DNA of 64,000 nucleotides from Mustelus asterias (Eukaryota): positions 52,762,001-52,826,000 of the forward strand of contig NC_135824.1 of assembly GCF_964213995.1 (NCBI RefSeq), in the 5' to 3' direction. Every line of letters begins with the position of its first letter. The first letter of the stretch is position 1. The notes below the pieces were generated by a model. That model ran no database searches, had not been told where the DNA came from, and saw only the letters and a program-made list of their open reading frames with translations. Positions 50,295 through 62,646 of the stretch are shown here, in pieces. Both the position numbers and the translations under genes were made by a program.

Positions 50295-50727
50295 CCTTTA
50301 CTTTGAGCTTGTCTTGTAGTCGGGGAATGATTGAAAACAGGAGAGAACAGGCCTGGTGCGAGTGAATCCATCTCCTTTTAGATCATTGAGGCCCCGAATA
50401 AATGATGCAAATGTGCACACGGCCCTCCCTCGCTGATGGAAATGATTGGTTGTAAGTGGAGCCGATAAGAACATGAGGTTTCTTGGGGCCGGTGACAGAG
50501 GAAGCGAGTGGGCAAAGGAGTGGCAGCTGCAGTTTATCATAGAATCCCTACAGTACAGAAGGAGGCCGTTTGGTCCATCGAGTGTGAACCGACCACAATC
50601 CCACCCAGGCTCTATCCCCTCATTTACCCTGCTAATCCTCCTGACAGTAGCGGCAATTTAGCATGGCCAATGCACCTAACCCGCACATCTTTGGATTGTC
50701 GAAGGAAACCGGAGCACCCGGGGAAAA

Positions 50728-52422
50728 TACTGTGAAATACTGAGAACCCGAATGCTGAGAGAGGCAAGGGAGGGAATTGCTGGGGCCTTGAGAGAAATAT
50801 TCGTATCCTCACTGGCTACAGGGGAGGTACAGTAAGAGTTTTAGCAACACCAGGTTAAAGTCCAACAGGTTTATTTGGCAGCAAATTTGGTATTTGCTAC
50901 CAAATAAACCTGTTGGACTTTAACCTGGTGTTGTTAAAACTCTTACTGTGTTTACCCCAGTCCAACGCCAGCATCTCCACAACATGACTACAGGGGAGGT
51001 CCCAGAGGATTGGAGAATAGCCAATGTTGTTCCTTTGTTTAAGAAGGGTAGCAATCCAGGGAATTACAGGCCGGTGAGCATTACATCAGTGGTAGGGAAA
51101 TTATTGGAGAGGAATCATTGAGCCAGGATTTATTCCCACTTGGAAATAAGTGGATCTATCAGTGAGAGGCAACATGGTTTTGTGAAGGGGAGGTCATGTC
51201 TCACGAACTTGATCGAGTTTTTCGAGGAAGTGACGATGATGATTGATGAAGGTAGGGCAGTGGATGTTGTCTACATGCACTTCAGTAAGGCCCTTGCCAA
51301 GGTCCCTCATGGCAGACTGGTGCAGAAGGTGAAGTCTCATGGGATCAGAGGTCAACTGGCAAGGTTGATACAAAACTGGCTCGGTCAAAGAAGACAGAGA
51401 GTAGCAGTGGAAGTGTGCGTTTCTGAATGGAAGGCTGTGATAAGTGGTATTCCTCAGGGATCAGTGCTGGGACCTTTGCTGTTTGTAATATAAATAAATG
51501 ATTTGGAGGAAAATGTAACTGGTTTGATTAGTAAGTTTGTGGACAACACAAAGGTTGGTTGATGAGGACCATCGGAGGATACAGCAGGATATAGATCAGT
51601 TGGAGACTTGGGCGGAGAGATGGCAGATGGAGTTTAATCTGGACAAATGTGAGGTAATGCATTTTGGAAGGTCTAATACAGATAGGAAATATACAGTAAA
51701 TGCCAGAACCCTTAAGAGTATTGATAGGCAAAGGGATCTGGGTGTACAGGTACACAGGCCACTGAAAGTGGCAATGCAGGTGGAGAAGGTAGTCAAGAAG
51801 GCATATGGCATGCTTGCTGGGGTATTGAGTTTAAAAATTGGCAAGTCATGTTGCAGCTTTATAGAACCTTAGTTAGGCCGCACTTGGAATATAGTGTTCA
51901 ATTCTGGTCGCCACACTACCAGAAGGATGTGGAGACTTTGGAGAGGGTACAGGAAAGATTTACCAGGATGTTGCTTGGTATGGAGGGCATTAGCTATGAG
52001 GAGAGGTTGGAGAAACCTGGTTTGTTCTCACTGGAGCGACGGAGATTGAGGGGAGATCTGATAGAAGTCTACAACATTATGAGAGGCATAGACAGAGGGA
52101 TAGTCAGAAGCTTTTTCCCAGGGTGGAAGAGTCAATTACTAGGGGGTGTAGGTTTAAGGTGCGAGGGGCAAGGTTTAAAGGAGATGTACGAGGCAGATCT
52201 TTTACACAGAGAGTATTGGGTGCCTGGAACGTGTTGCCGGGGAGGTCGTGGAAGCGGTTACGATAGTGAGTTTTAAGGGGCGTCTTGACAAGTACATGAA
52301 TAGGATGGGAATAGAGGGATATGGTCCCCGGAAGCGTAGGGGGTTTTAGTTAAGCCGGGCAGCGTGGTCGGTGCAGGCTTGGAGGGCCGAAGGGCCTGTT
52401 CCTGTGCTGTAATTTTCTTTGT
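50728..52422 (+). mobile_element. CR1-type LINE, 5'-truncated and decayed, nested in a SINE
   Basis: QHGFVKGRSCLTNLIEFFEEVT, GIPQGSVLGPLLF and RPHLEYSVQFWSP motifs with frameshifts. Confidence 0.9.
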
Positions 52423-54439
52423 AACCCACGCAGACACGGGGAGAACGTGCAAAATCCACACAGAGAGTGACCCAAGCTGGGAATCGAACCCGGGTCTGTG
52501 GCATTGTGAAGCAACAGTGCCACCGAGCTGCCCCGAGTTTAACGTGGACAGATTCTAGATCACAACTTTCAGCATAAGGAAGAGAGACGAGAATGTCTTC
52601 TAACTAGTGAGAAGCGAGGAACCCCGGAGCTGCAAAGGATTTAGTTATCCAGCTCCACAAACCATTTAAAACAGGTAAACATATAACATAGAGGAGTAAT
52701 AGAAAGCGAACCTTTGCTTAAGTGGAGCTGGAATGTAACACGGAGGAAGCGGCACTACAGTTGTTGACAGCCGCAGGTAGACTTCTTTCAGTTCTGGGCA
52801 GATCATGTCAAGGAGGACGTTTTAGACATGGAGAGAATAAAAAGTGGATTCGCCAGAATAGCATTGGGCTAAAACGGTTCAATCATGAGGACAGTTTGCA
52901 TAAGCAGTCTTTCAGTTTTGTTGCTGATTCGATTGAACCATGTTCCAGACACCAGCGTTTCACGGTTCCAGCACGCCCCTGCTGCCTGTGTTGCAAGGAA
53001 GAGCAGGTAATAAAATCCGCAGCTGTTTCCCATTCTGTTTTCTGTTCTTTATTTATTTCTGTTATTCAATTTGCTGTTCTATCTCAATATTTCCTTCTAT
53101 TGCTTTCCCATTCAGTTCTGCAGCTCCCACTTAAAGGCATCGGTGATGTTTCCCTCAACTACTCGGTGGCTCTGATCTCCACATTGTCACTGCTCTTTGG
53201 ATAAGACTCATTTCGAATTCCCGGTTGGATTTTCCCCAGCTCAATCCTCTCAAACCCCTTTCATAATTACAAAAAAGGACGATTCCCAACCTTCATTCTC
53301 CAACGGAAACGAACAAGTTCGGCATTTCCTGATAGGTTGAACAAGCAGACCTGTTAACATTCTAGGTAACTTTTTTATTTTCATTTTCACCAATTCTTAA
53401 TCTAACAACTGCATTTTATTCTTATAGTCAGAAAGCACATCAGGATTATTTCCAAATTTCTCTTCAGTGTTTCCTCATTGCAACTAACCATATCTAGAAT
53501 GGCAATTATCCACAATGAATTGTAATTTAATCATATCTGGATGGCCCCCTCTTTTTCCTCTGTGACAGCCTCGAGTGGGGCTGAACGGCCTCCCCCTGTT
53601 CCAGTGTAACAGCCTCGAATGGGCTCAACGGCTTCCTCCTGTTCTGGTGTAACAGTCTCGAGTGGGACTGAATGGTGTCTGTATAATAGACTCGACAGGG
53701 ATTGAATGGCCTCCTGTTCGTGTCAAAGATGTTTCAGGTACATGGTCCGAGCGCACCCTCCTGCAAAGTGTGAAGAAACACGCTGATGTTACCTGCGATT
53801 GCCGGAGGATAACGTGAAACAGGAATTCTTAGTGGTGTATATCCGTTGGGAATATCGTGAGGAACAATGTACAATCCAGCGAGGAACCAGTCCAGTTTTT
53901 GTGTCAGCAATTATTGAAGTGTATTTATTAATGTAAAAGAAAATAAAAAATACTCAAGAAAGACTAATGTACACCATGACATTTAAGTGTAATAATGAAA
54001 TTAAACGTATCGTTTTCACTGAAGTTACATCTTGTTCTCAAAATATACCCACATTCCCTGAACTCACTGACACACCCCTTTTCCCAAACAACGTCCAATT
54101 TAGTAACTCGGCCCGTCAGCTCTATGCTGGTAACTTTAAGGACCTGGTAAAATGCAAAATTATTCATTTTCAAAGAAGTAAAGAGAAGGCAGATTATTAT
54201 GAAATGGGGAGAGACTGCAGTGCTGCAGCACAAAGGGACTTGGGGATCCTTGTTCATGAAACCCAGAAAGCAAGCATACAGATGCAGAAAGTAATAGGGG
54301 AAGGCAAATTGAATGCTAGGTTTTACTTCAAGGGAGCTGTACAAGCTACTAGTGAGGCCACATTTAGAATGCCGTGTATAGTTTTGGCCTCCTTATTTAA
54401 AGAAATATATATTATCTTTGGAGACAGTATAGAAGAGGA

Positions 54440-54800
54440 CTAAACAGGGTAGATGCGGGGAGGATGTTCCCGATGGTGGGGGAGTCCAGAACCAGGAGTC
54501 ACAGTCTGAGGATTCAGGGTAGGCCATTTAGGACGGAGGTGAGGAGACATTTCTTCACCCAAAGAGTGGTGAGCCTGTGGAATTCATTACCACAGGAAGC
54601 AGTTGATGCCAAAACATTGAATGTATTCAAGAGGCGGCTGGATATATAGCGCTTGGGGGCAGATGCGATCAAAGGTTATGGGGAAAAAGCGGGATTAGGC
54701 TATTGAGTTGGATGATCAACCACAATCGTAATGAATGGTGGAGCAGGCTCGAAGGGCCAAATGCCCTCCTCCTGTTCCTATCTTCTATGTTTCTATGTTT
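54440..54800 (+). mobile_element. CR1-type LINE 3' end; near-identical piece at ~60345-60703
   Basis: agggtagatgc...FFTQRVVSLWNSLPQ...cctatcttctatgtttctatg tail. Confidence 0.75.
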
Positions 54801-56343
54801 ACTGAGGGACTGCCGTATGAGGAAATATTAAACAGGTTGGGTTTGGACTCCTTGGAGTTCAGAGAAATGGAAGGTGATATGATTGAAACTTAGAATTTAA
54901 ATAGATTCTAAGGGGGTTAGACAGGGTAAAGGTTTAGGGATTAATTGCACTCTTCCACACTGGAATGCTGCATACAGTTCTGGTACCCTTGCCTAAAATG
55001 GATATAGTAATATTGGAGGTAGTCCAAAGGAGATTCACTAGACTAATTCCTGGGATGAGTGGGTTGTCTTATCAAGAGAGACTAAATAGTCTGGCTCTGT
55101 ATTCGTTGGGGTTCAGAAGAGTGAGAGGTGACCTTATTTAAACATACACGATCCTGAGGGAGTTTGAGAGGGTAGATGCGAGATGTTTCCACAAGTGGGA
55201 GCGCCTTGAGCAAGGGGACATAGCTACAAGAGAAAGGGCCGGTCATTTAACACTAATGTGCATAGAAATTGCTTCTTGCAGAGGGTGGTGAATCTTTGGA
55301 ACTCTTTGCCCCAAAGGGTAGTGAAGGCTGGATCATTAGAAGTACTTAAAGTGAAAGTGGATGAATATTCGATAGATCGAGGTAGAGGGTTGTGGGGAAA
55401 TGGCACAGAAAAGGAGCTGAGGCCGGCATAGATCAGCCATGATTGTATTGAATGGCCGGAAAGGCTTGAAGGGCTTGCTGGCCGCCTCCTGCTTCTATTT
55501 CTTGTGTTCTCTTGGGAGAGGACAGAGTCGTTGAATAAGAGTGCGCTCATTTAATACCGATCTGAGGAAGAATTTATCTCAAGGTCTGGTGGATCTGTGG
55601 AATTCTTCAGCCCAGCAAGCTGTGGAGGTCAAGTCCTAGACATTTTCAGGTTATTTATTAGTCATAAGCAAGGCTTACATTAACACTTCAATGAAGTTAC
55701 TGTGAAATCACTAGTCGCCACACTCCGGCGCCTATTTGGGTTAATGCACTTAACCAGCACGTCATTCGGACAGTGGGAGGAAATCGGAGCACGCTGAGGA
55801 GACCCACGCAGACACGGGGAGAATATGCAGACTCCGCGCAGAGAGTGACCCAAGCTGGGAATTGAACCTGGGTCCCCCCTGACACTGTGAGACAGCAGTG
55901 CTAACCACTGTGCCACCATGCGACCCTTTTTCAAGGCTGTGATCGAGAGGGTTTTAATCAGTTGGAGAATGAAGGGTTACGGGGTTAAGGCAGGAAAGTG
56001 AATTTAGTGAGTGTTAGATCAGCCATAATCTTATTGAAAGCTGACGCAGGCCTCAACGGGCTGAATGGCCCACCACAGTTCCTATTTCTTCTGGCTCTAG
56101 CAGATCTCACCCCAGTCTTCTGTATTCCATTGGTGGATATCGGAAGCCACTGAGCCTTCCCTGCTAGTTTTAAAGTCTCAGTTCTGACGTCAGACATTAC
56201 CGATCTTCCTGTGCTCCTCTTGCACGGTGCCTATATCTAATCATTACTCTTCGTTTCACGATAAATTTCAACCTGCAAAACCGACACCGGTAGAACCAGT
56301 TTTCTCATTCGCAGCTGTTTCCTGCCGCCTTTGGGGTTTTTGT

Positions 56344-58586
56344 TTTTTTTTTCGAACAGAAATCAAAATACAAAGGAAACTTAAAAACATCAAATTAAAA
56401 TGTGATTATTAGGGTCAATAATGCACCCCAACCCCTGCAGTGCCCAGCGGGCGCGGAAAGCGTCAACCTCGCCCGTGGGCACCGCATGCTCCCTCTCCAG
56501 GGACACCTGGCCGCGAACGTAGCCGCGGTAGAGGGGAAGACAGTGAGGATGGACAGCCCCCTCGATCGCCCGCAGCCTGGACCGGTAAATGGCGCGTTTC
56601 GCCAGGCCCAGGAGCAGGTTCACGAGGAGGTCGCCATCCCGACCCTCCCCTCTCCGCACCGGGTGTCCATAGATCAGGAGCGTGGGACTGAAGTGCAGAC
56701 AAAACATCAACAAAAGGTTCTTTAGGAAAACATAAAGGGAGTGCAGCCTAAGACACTCAACATAGACATGGTCCACGGACTCCACAAGGCTGCAGAAAGG
56801 GCAGTCTTCGGAGCCCGTGAACCAGTGAATCCTACGGTTGTGCGGAACTGCTGCATGCATCACCCTCCACCCCAGGTCCCCGACGTAATTGGGGGAGATC
56901 CCTCCATAGAGGGACCTCCAGTGGGGACCTCCGCCGCCCGGCGGCAACAAGGCCCGCCAAGGTGTATCCGGGCGACAGGCGAGGAGGCAGTAATGGAGGG
57001 TGTGCAGCAGCAGCCCGCACAGGAAACGCCTCCGCGCGGTAGAAAAAGGCACGGAGGGCATTTCCGCGAGGCGGCTCAGGCTGTGGGGCACCTCACCCAG
57101 GGGAGGGGGCTGAGGCTTTGGGCCAATGCGGAATTCCGCCCGAACAGGGGAACGCTCGGGCGGGATCCCACTGCACGCCTGCGCCGTCTCAAGTTTGCGT
57201 GCAGTTTCGGGGCCGAGCACGACCGTCCTAAGGTCTAGGATGGCTTTGGCCGCGCGCCAGACGGACGTCCCCGTGCGCTCAGCCAGCACGCGGGGACTCA
57301 TCCAGCCCGCCCCTCTGCCATCGAGCACGTCCCCGATTCTGGTCACCCCGGTGTCCACAGCCCTCCTCTCCGCCAGCCACCTGAAGTTATACGGCTGGAG
57401 GAGCGGATTCCTGAGCAGCGGCTCTCGCACGAGAGCCGCTACTCCTGACGGGGGAGAGCTGCGTCACGAGGCGACCTTGTTCCAGACAGTGAGGAGGTCC
57501 TGGTAAAAGACGGGCAACTCCTGCAGGGCGGTCGGAGCACGCCCCAGTTCGATATGCAGGAGCTGCACGTCATAATTGAGGCCGTGCCACTGGCGGAAGA
57601 AATACGTCGCCATGGCACACCACTGTGGAGGGGGCTCAACGTAAAGGTACCTCTGCAGGGCCTGGAGGCGGAAGGTCGCTATCTGAGTGCGGAGGCACAC
57701 CAGACCTTGTCCACCCTCCTCAAGCGGGAGATACAGGACCGCAGCAGGGACCCAGTGCAGTCGATTGCCCCAGAAGAACCGCACGAGGGTTCTCTGGATA
57801 TCGGTGACAAAGCCAGGGGGAGGGGTCAAAGGGACCAGCCGGTACCACAGCATGGAGGTGACCAGCTGGTTTATGACGCGAGCTCGCGCCCCGTAGGACA
57901 GCACTCGGAGCAGTCCTGTCCAGCGACTCAGGCGGGCGGAGACTTTGGCCTCCAGCTCCCGCCAGTTCGCCGGCCAGGATTCCTCGGCTGGGCAGAGATG
58001 GGCCCCCAAGTAGAGGAGGTTGGTCCTGCTCCAGGTGAAAGGCCTGAGCTCCTCCGGAAGGGGGTCCGTCTCCCAAGGACCGACAAGGAGTCCGGAGCAC
58101 TTGGCCCAGTTGATCCTGGCGGAGGACGCGGCGGAGTACACCGCCTGGCATTCTCGCATCCTCCGCAGGTCAACCGGGTCCGTGAACATGAGGAGCACGT
58201 CGTCGGCGTAAGCTGACAGGACCACCCCTACGTCCGGTCCGCGCAGGACCAAACCTGACAACCTCCTCCGCAAGAGGCGCAGGAATGGCTCCACGCATAC
58301 GGAATACAGTTGGCCGGACAAGGGGCAGCCCTGCCGTACTCCTCTCCCGAAGCGAAGGGGCGCCGTCAGGGACCCGTTAACCTTAATCAGACACTCTGCG
58401 GCAGAGTACAGTAATCGGATCCGGGCGACAAAATGCGTCCCGAACCCGAATGCCCGCAGAGTCCCGAGTAAATACTCGTGCTCCACCCTGTCGAACGCCT
58501 TCTCCTGATCTAATGACAAGAAGGCGCCCGACAGACCAGTCCTCTGGGTGTGATGTATTAGGTCCCGGACCAGGTGGAGATTGTCA
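56344..58586 (-). mobile_element. 5'-truncated Tx1-clade (L1-Tx1) non-LTR retrotransposon: ORF2 RT plus C-terminal zinc-binding region
   Basis: LSLDQEKAFDRV, GVRQGCPLS and YADDV motifs; CPFC...ESVDHVYVEC; ORFs 57464-58594 and 56390-57430 are in frame, separated by one TGA; GC-rich; short 3' UTR and poly(A) at 56344-56352. Confidence 0.93.
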
Positions 58587-59125
58587 TGCTCCATCTCTCT
58601 GAGTCACTGTGAATACTCCAGGCGCAGTAATACACGGCCGAGTGATTCACCCGCAGGCTGGAGGAATTTAGGTTGAACTCATAGTCCTTCGGTCGCTTCG
58701 CTGTGAAACCGTCCACCGCCTCATTTGGACTGACATGGTCTTCACTGTTGGAGAAAAACATCTGCCGCAGCTCCCTCCCCAGGTATTGTCTGTACCAGTA
58801 CATCCTGAGAGTACTGCTCCCCTCCACAGTGCAGTTCAGTCTCACTCTCTCCCCTGGAGATTTGGAAACGGCGGCGGGAGTCTGGCGGATAGTCTGCGAC
58901 TTCACATCTGTGGAAGAGACAGAGAGAGGAGATCAGGAAATTGGAACACTCTGGGTGGTGGAATGAGAGGAAAGAGAAAAAGAGAAGAAATTGAAGTGAA
59001 ATAGAAAGAAAGAAAGCAAGAGAGAGGTCAGCAAGTGGAAAGGAAAGTTAGATGTTGAATAAGAACTGTTGTTGGAAAAGTTCCTTACGGTGAAACATGA
59101 GGAACAGAGCCAGCAACAGATACAT
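58587..59125 (-). pseudogene. TRBV: V10: TRBV30-like V, open frame, RSS split by a retrotransposon (leader 59089-59125, V exon 58612-58907, heptamer 58605-58611; orphan nonamer at 56335-56343)
   Basis: Leader MYLLLALFLMFH; YYCAWSI; only 18 bp of spacer remain before Tx1 sequence begins. Confidence 0.92.
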
Positions 59126-59506
59126 CTTCCCCTTCAGCTTCCCTTTTAAACAATCTTTCTCACTGGAGAGAAAACACTCAAATTGCAATGCTCTTCCTCC
59201 CTACTTTTTGATTGACAGCCCGGCCCCACCCACGGACGGAAGCCCCGCCCCTTCCTAGCCCCGCCCCGCATTCCCTAATTGGTTTATGTGCAGTTGGCAG
59301 CAGCAGGAAGTTGCAAAGACACATTGAGGGGTTGATGGAGAGGGGAATATGTGGAGGAATCACAGCTCAGATCCACGGAACAATCCCGGCGGTTTAGTGG
59401 GGAAATTCCGAAGCCAGACTGTATAAACATGGATTACATTTCCCTCAATGTAGAAAATGGAGGGTGATTTAATTCAACTTAAAGTTAAAGTTTGTTTATT
59501 AGTCAC

Positions 59507-59614
59507 TTTTTAAAATACTTTTCCAGTTCAATCAAATCAAGTCCAATTCAGAGTCTCAACAAGTCGAGACATTTCCGATCCAAGCTGACAAGACAGGGTA
59601 TGCAACCCCTGTCT
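59507..59614 (-). mobile_element. 5'-truncated second copy of the U2-headed element 3' region, inserted in a SINE tail
   Basis: Reverse complement matches 46170-46284; tcac TSD at 59503-59506 and 59615-59618. Confidence 0.8.
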
Positions 59615-61476
59615 TCACAAGCAAGGCTTACATTAACCCTGCAATGAAGTTACTGTGAAATTTCCCTAGTCGCCACATTCCCGCGGCTTTTCGGGTCAAT
59701 GCCCCTAACCAGCACATCTTTCAGACTGTGAGAGGACACCAGAGCACCCGGAGGAAACCCACGCAGACAGGGGGAGAACGTGCAAACTATACAGACAGTG
59801 ACCCAAGCCGGGATTCGAACCCAGGTCCCTGGCGCTGTGAGGCAGCAGTGCTCACTATCGTGTCACCCATATTGTTGAGGGCTTTTGATGGACAAACTGT
59901 TCCCTCCGCTGGGAGACCAACAACTGAGAATAATCCGATAATTCGAGTTAGCAATGAGAGGTGAAGTTGTTGAAACAAATAGGATTGATTTGACGGGGTA
60001 AATAGTCAGATGATGTCTCCCTTCAGAGGGAATCGAGAACTCGGTATCCGTTCAAGAAGGAGCCGCCCAGTTCAGAGGCAGATGAGGAGGAAGTTCTTTG
60101 CTGATGATGAATATTTGGGCTCTTCACGCGTAGATCAGAGGGGCTGGCTCATGGGATATAGTCAAGGCTGATATAGATTTTGAATAAAGGCAAAATACTG
60201 CGGATGCTGGATTCTAAAACAAAAACAGAAAATGCTGGCGAAATTCAGCAAGCCTGACAACATCAGAGGAATGGCGGGACGGTGGGGGGAGGGGGGGGGG
60301 TGCGGGGGAGGATTCCATAGAGACTCATAAACGTCTATCAAGATTAGACAGGGTAGATGCAGGGAGGATGTTCCCCGTGGTGGGGGAGTCCAGAACCAGC
60401 GGTCACAGTGTGAGGATTCAGGGTAGACCAGTTAGGACGGAGGTGAGGAGATATTTCTTCACCTAAAGAGTGGTGAGCCTGTGGAATTCATTACCACAGG
60501 AAGTAGTTTTGATGCCAAAACATTGAATGTATTCAAGAGGCGGTTGGATATAGCACTTGGGGCGATTGGGATCAAAGGTTATGGGAAGAAAGCAGGATTA
60601 GGCTATTGAGTTGAATGACCAACCATGATCGTAATGAATAGCGGAACAGGCTCGAAAGGCCAAATGGCCTCCTCCTGCTCCTATCTTCTACGTTTCTATG
60701 TTTCATCTGTGGAGAGAGAATAGAGCCAACTTTTGGAGTCTGGGCTCTGATGAAGGGTCATCCCAAATCGAAACACTTCTTTTGAATTTTTAGGGGGTAA
60801 ATGGTAATGGTTTCGGGATGGGTGCAAGCAGGAATATGGGGTAAAGGGCACAATGAGATCAGCAATGATCCTATTGAATAGCGGCCCCAGCTCGAGGGGC
60901 CGAGTGGCCTACTCCTGTTACAAAGCAGTTTATGTCTTCCTTGGCGATATCAGATTCAGACTCGACTTCCACGAATTTAGAAGTTTGATCGAATCAAAGA
61001 GTTTGAGATTAATACGGTAGTCACAAGCTCTCAACACGGTAGCACGGTGGTTAGCACTGCTGCCTCGCGGTGCCCGGGACCTGTGTTTGATTCCCGGCTC
61101 GGGTCACTGTCTGTGTGGAGTTTGCACCTTCTCCCAATGTCTGCATGGGTTTCCTCTGGATGCTCCAGTTTCCTCCCACAGTCTGAAAGACGCGCTGGTT
61201 AGGTGCATTGACCCGAACAGGCGCCGGAGTGTGGCGACTGGGGGAATTTCACAGTAACTTCATTGCAATGTTAATGTTAAGCCTTACTTGTGACTAATAA
61301 ATACACTTTAACCTCATCCTTGTTAATCTACCGCCAGTGTATTTGCATTCATTCTCTCGGTTTTATGTTTATCGAGTGTCCTCTGGTTGTACTAAACATG
61401 TTGATTCTGCCAGGAGGTTGCACATGAGGCACCTCCTAGTTTTGTTCATTCACAGGTGTTTCCTGCTGCCTTTTGG

Positions 61477-61945
61477 GGTTTTTGTTGAACTGCTCCATCT
61501 CTCTGAGTCACTGTGAATACTCCAGGCGCAGTAATACACAGCCGACTGATTCACCCGCAGGCTGGAGGACACCAGGTTGATCTTAGTGGCACTCGGTCGT
61601 TTCGCTGTGAAACCGTCCACCGCCCCCTGTGGGCTCACACTTTGTACAGTTGGGGAGTGAAACATCAGCTGCGGCTCCCTCCCCGGGTCTTGTCTGTACC
61701 AGAACATCTGAGGGATGCTTGTGCTTCCCAGGTTGCATATCAGTTCTACCCCATCCCCGGAAATTTTGGAGACTGCGGCGGGAATCTGGCGTATGGTCTG
61801 TGAGTTCACAACTGAGGAAGAAACAGGGAGAGGAAGGGGTGAAGAAATTGGGAAATTCCAGATAGTGGGGAGAGAAAAACGTGTAAAGGAAGCTGAAGCG
61901 ATACTTACAGTAAAAATGGATCATCAGACTTAGAAACAGAAACAT
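61477..61945 (-). CDS. TRBV: V11: functional TRBV30-like V segment (leader 61909-61945, V exon 61516-61811, RSS 61477-61515)
   Basis: Leader MFLFLSLMIHFY; open exon ending YYCAWSI; consensus RSS. Confidence 0.93.
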
Positions 61946-62646
61946 CTTTCCATTGAAAGTGGCCTCTTAACAATTTCACAGAGAGAGCGCAGAGGTGAAC
62001 TGCTTTTTCCAAATAACTGACTTCAGCATGAAGGAGCAGCGAGATTTTAACATCCCCCCACCCCCACTCTGCCGTGGCCAATCAGAATCCAGGTGGTTGA
62101 CAGTGAGGAAAGGCTGCAGCTGCTCCACCGCCAACCACCCCCCCTCCCCCGCCCCCCCCACCCCCCCACCCCCCCAACCCAGCCCCAAACGGGCTATTCG
62201 GCTTGAAGAGGATCAGTAAACCTGATGTCTGGGAGGCGGAGTCAGGAAATATTAGCGACGGGAGGTTGTTAATGATAGGGGTCTGTGTACTCATTATGCA
62301 TACTCAATCAAGATGAGGGTGTGTGTGTGTGTGTTCAGTGTGTGTACTCAGTGTGGATATGCAGTGAAGGTGAGGATAGCGCAGTGGTTAGCACTGCTGC
62401 CTCACAGCACCAGGGACCTGGGTTTGATTCCCGGCTTGGGTCACTGTCGGTGTGGTGTTTGCATGTTCTCCCCATGTCTGCGTAGGTTTCCTCCGGGTGC
62501 TCCGGTTTCCTCCCACAGCCTGAAAAACGTGCTGGTTAGGTGCATTTACACGAACAGGCACCGGAGTGTGGCGACTAGGGGGATTTCACAGTAATTTCAT
62601 TGCAGTGTAATGTAAGCCTCACTTGTGACTAATAAATAAACTTTAA

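Noticed and set aside
56353-56360. Tx1 3' end tctgttc matches U2 nt 39-45, hinting that it is the Keno-like partner of the U2-headed element
   Set aside because: Only 7 nt, and the two elements' 3' tails are not otherwise similar; needs RT phylogeny before any claim
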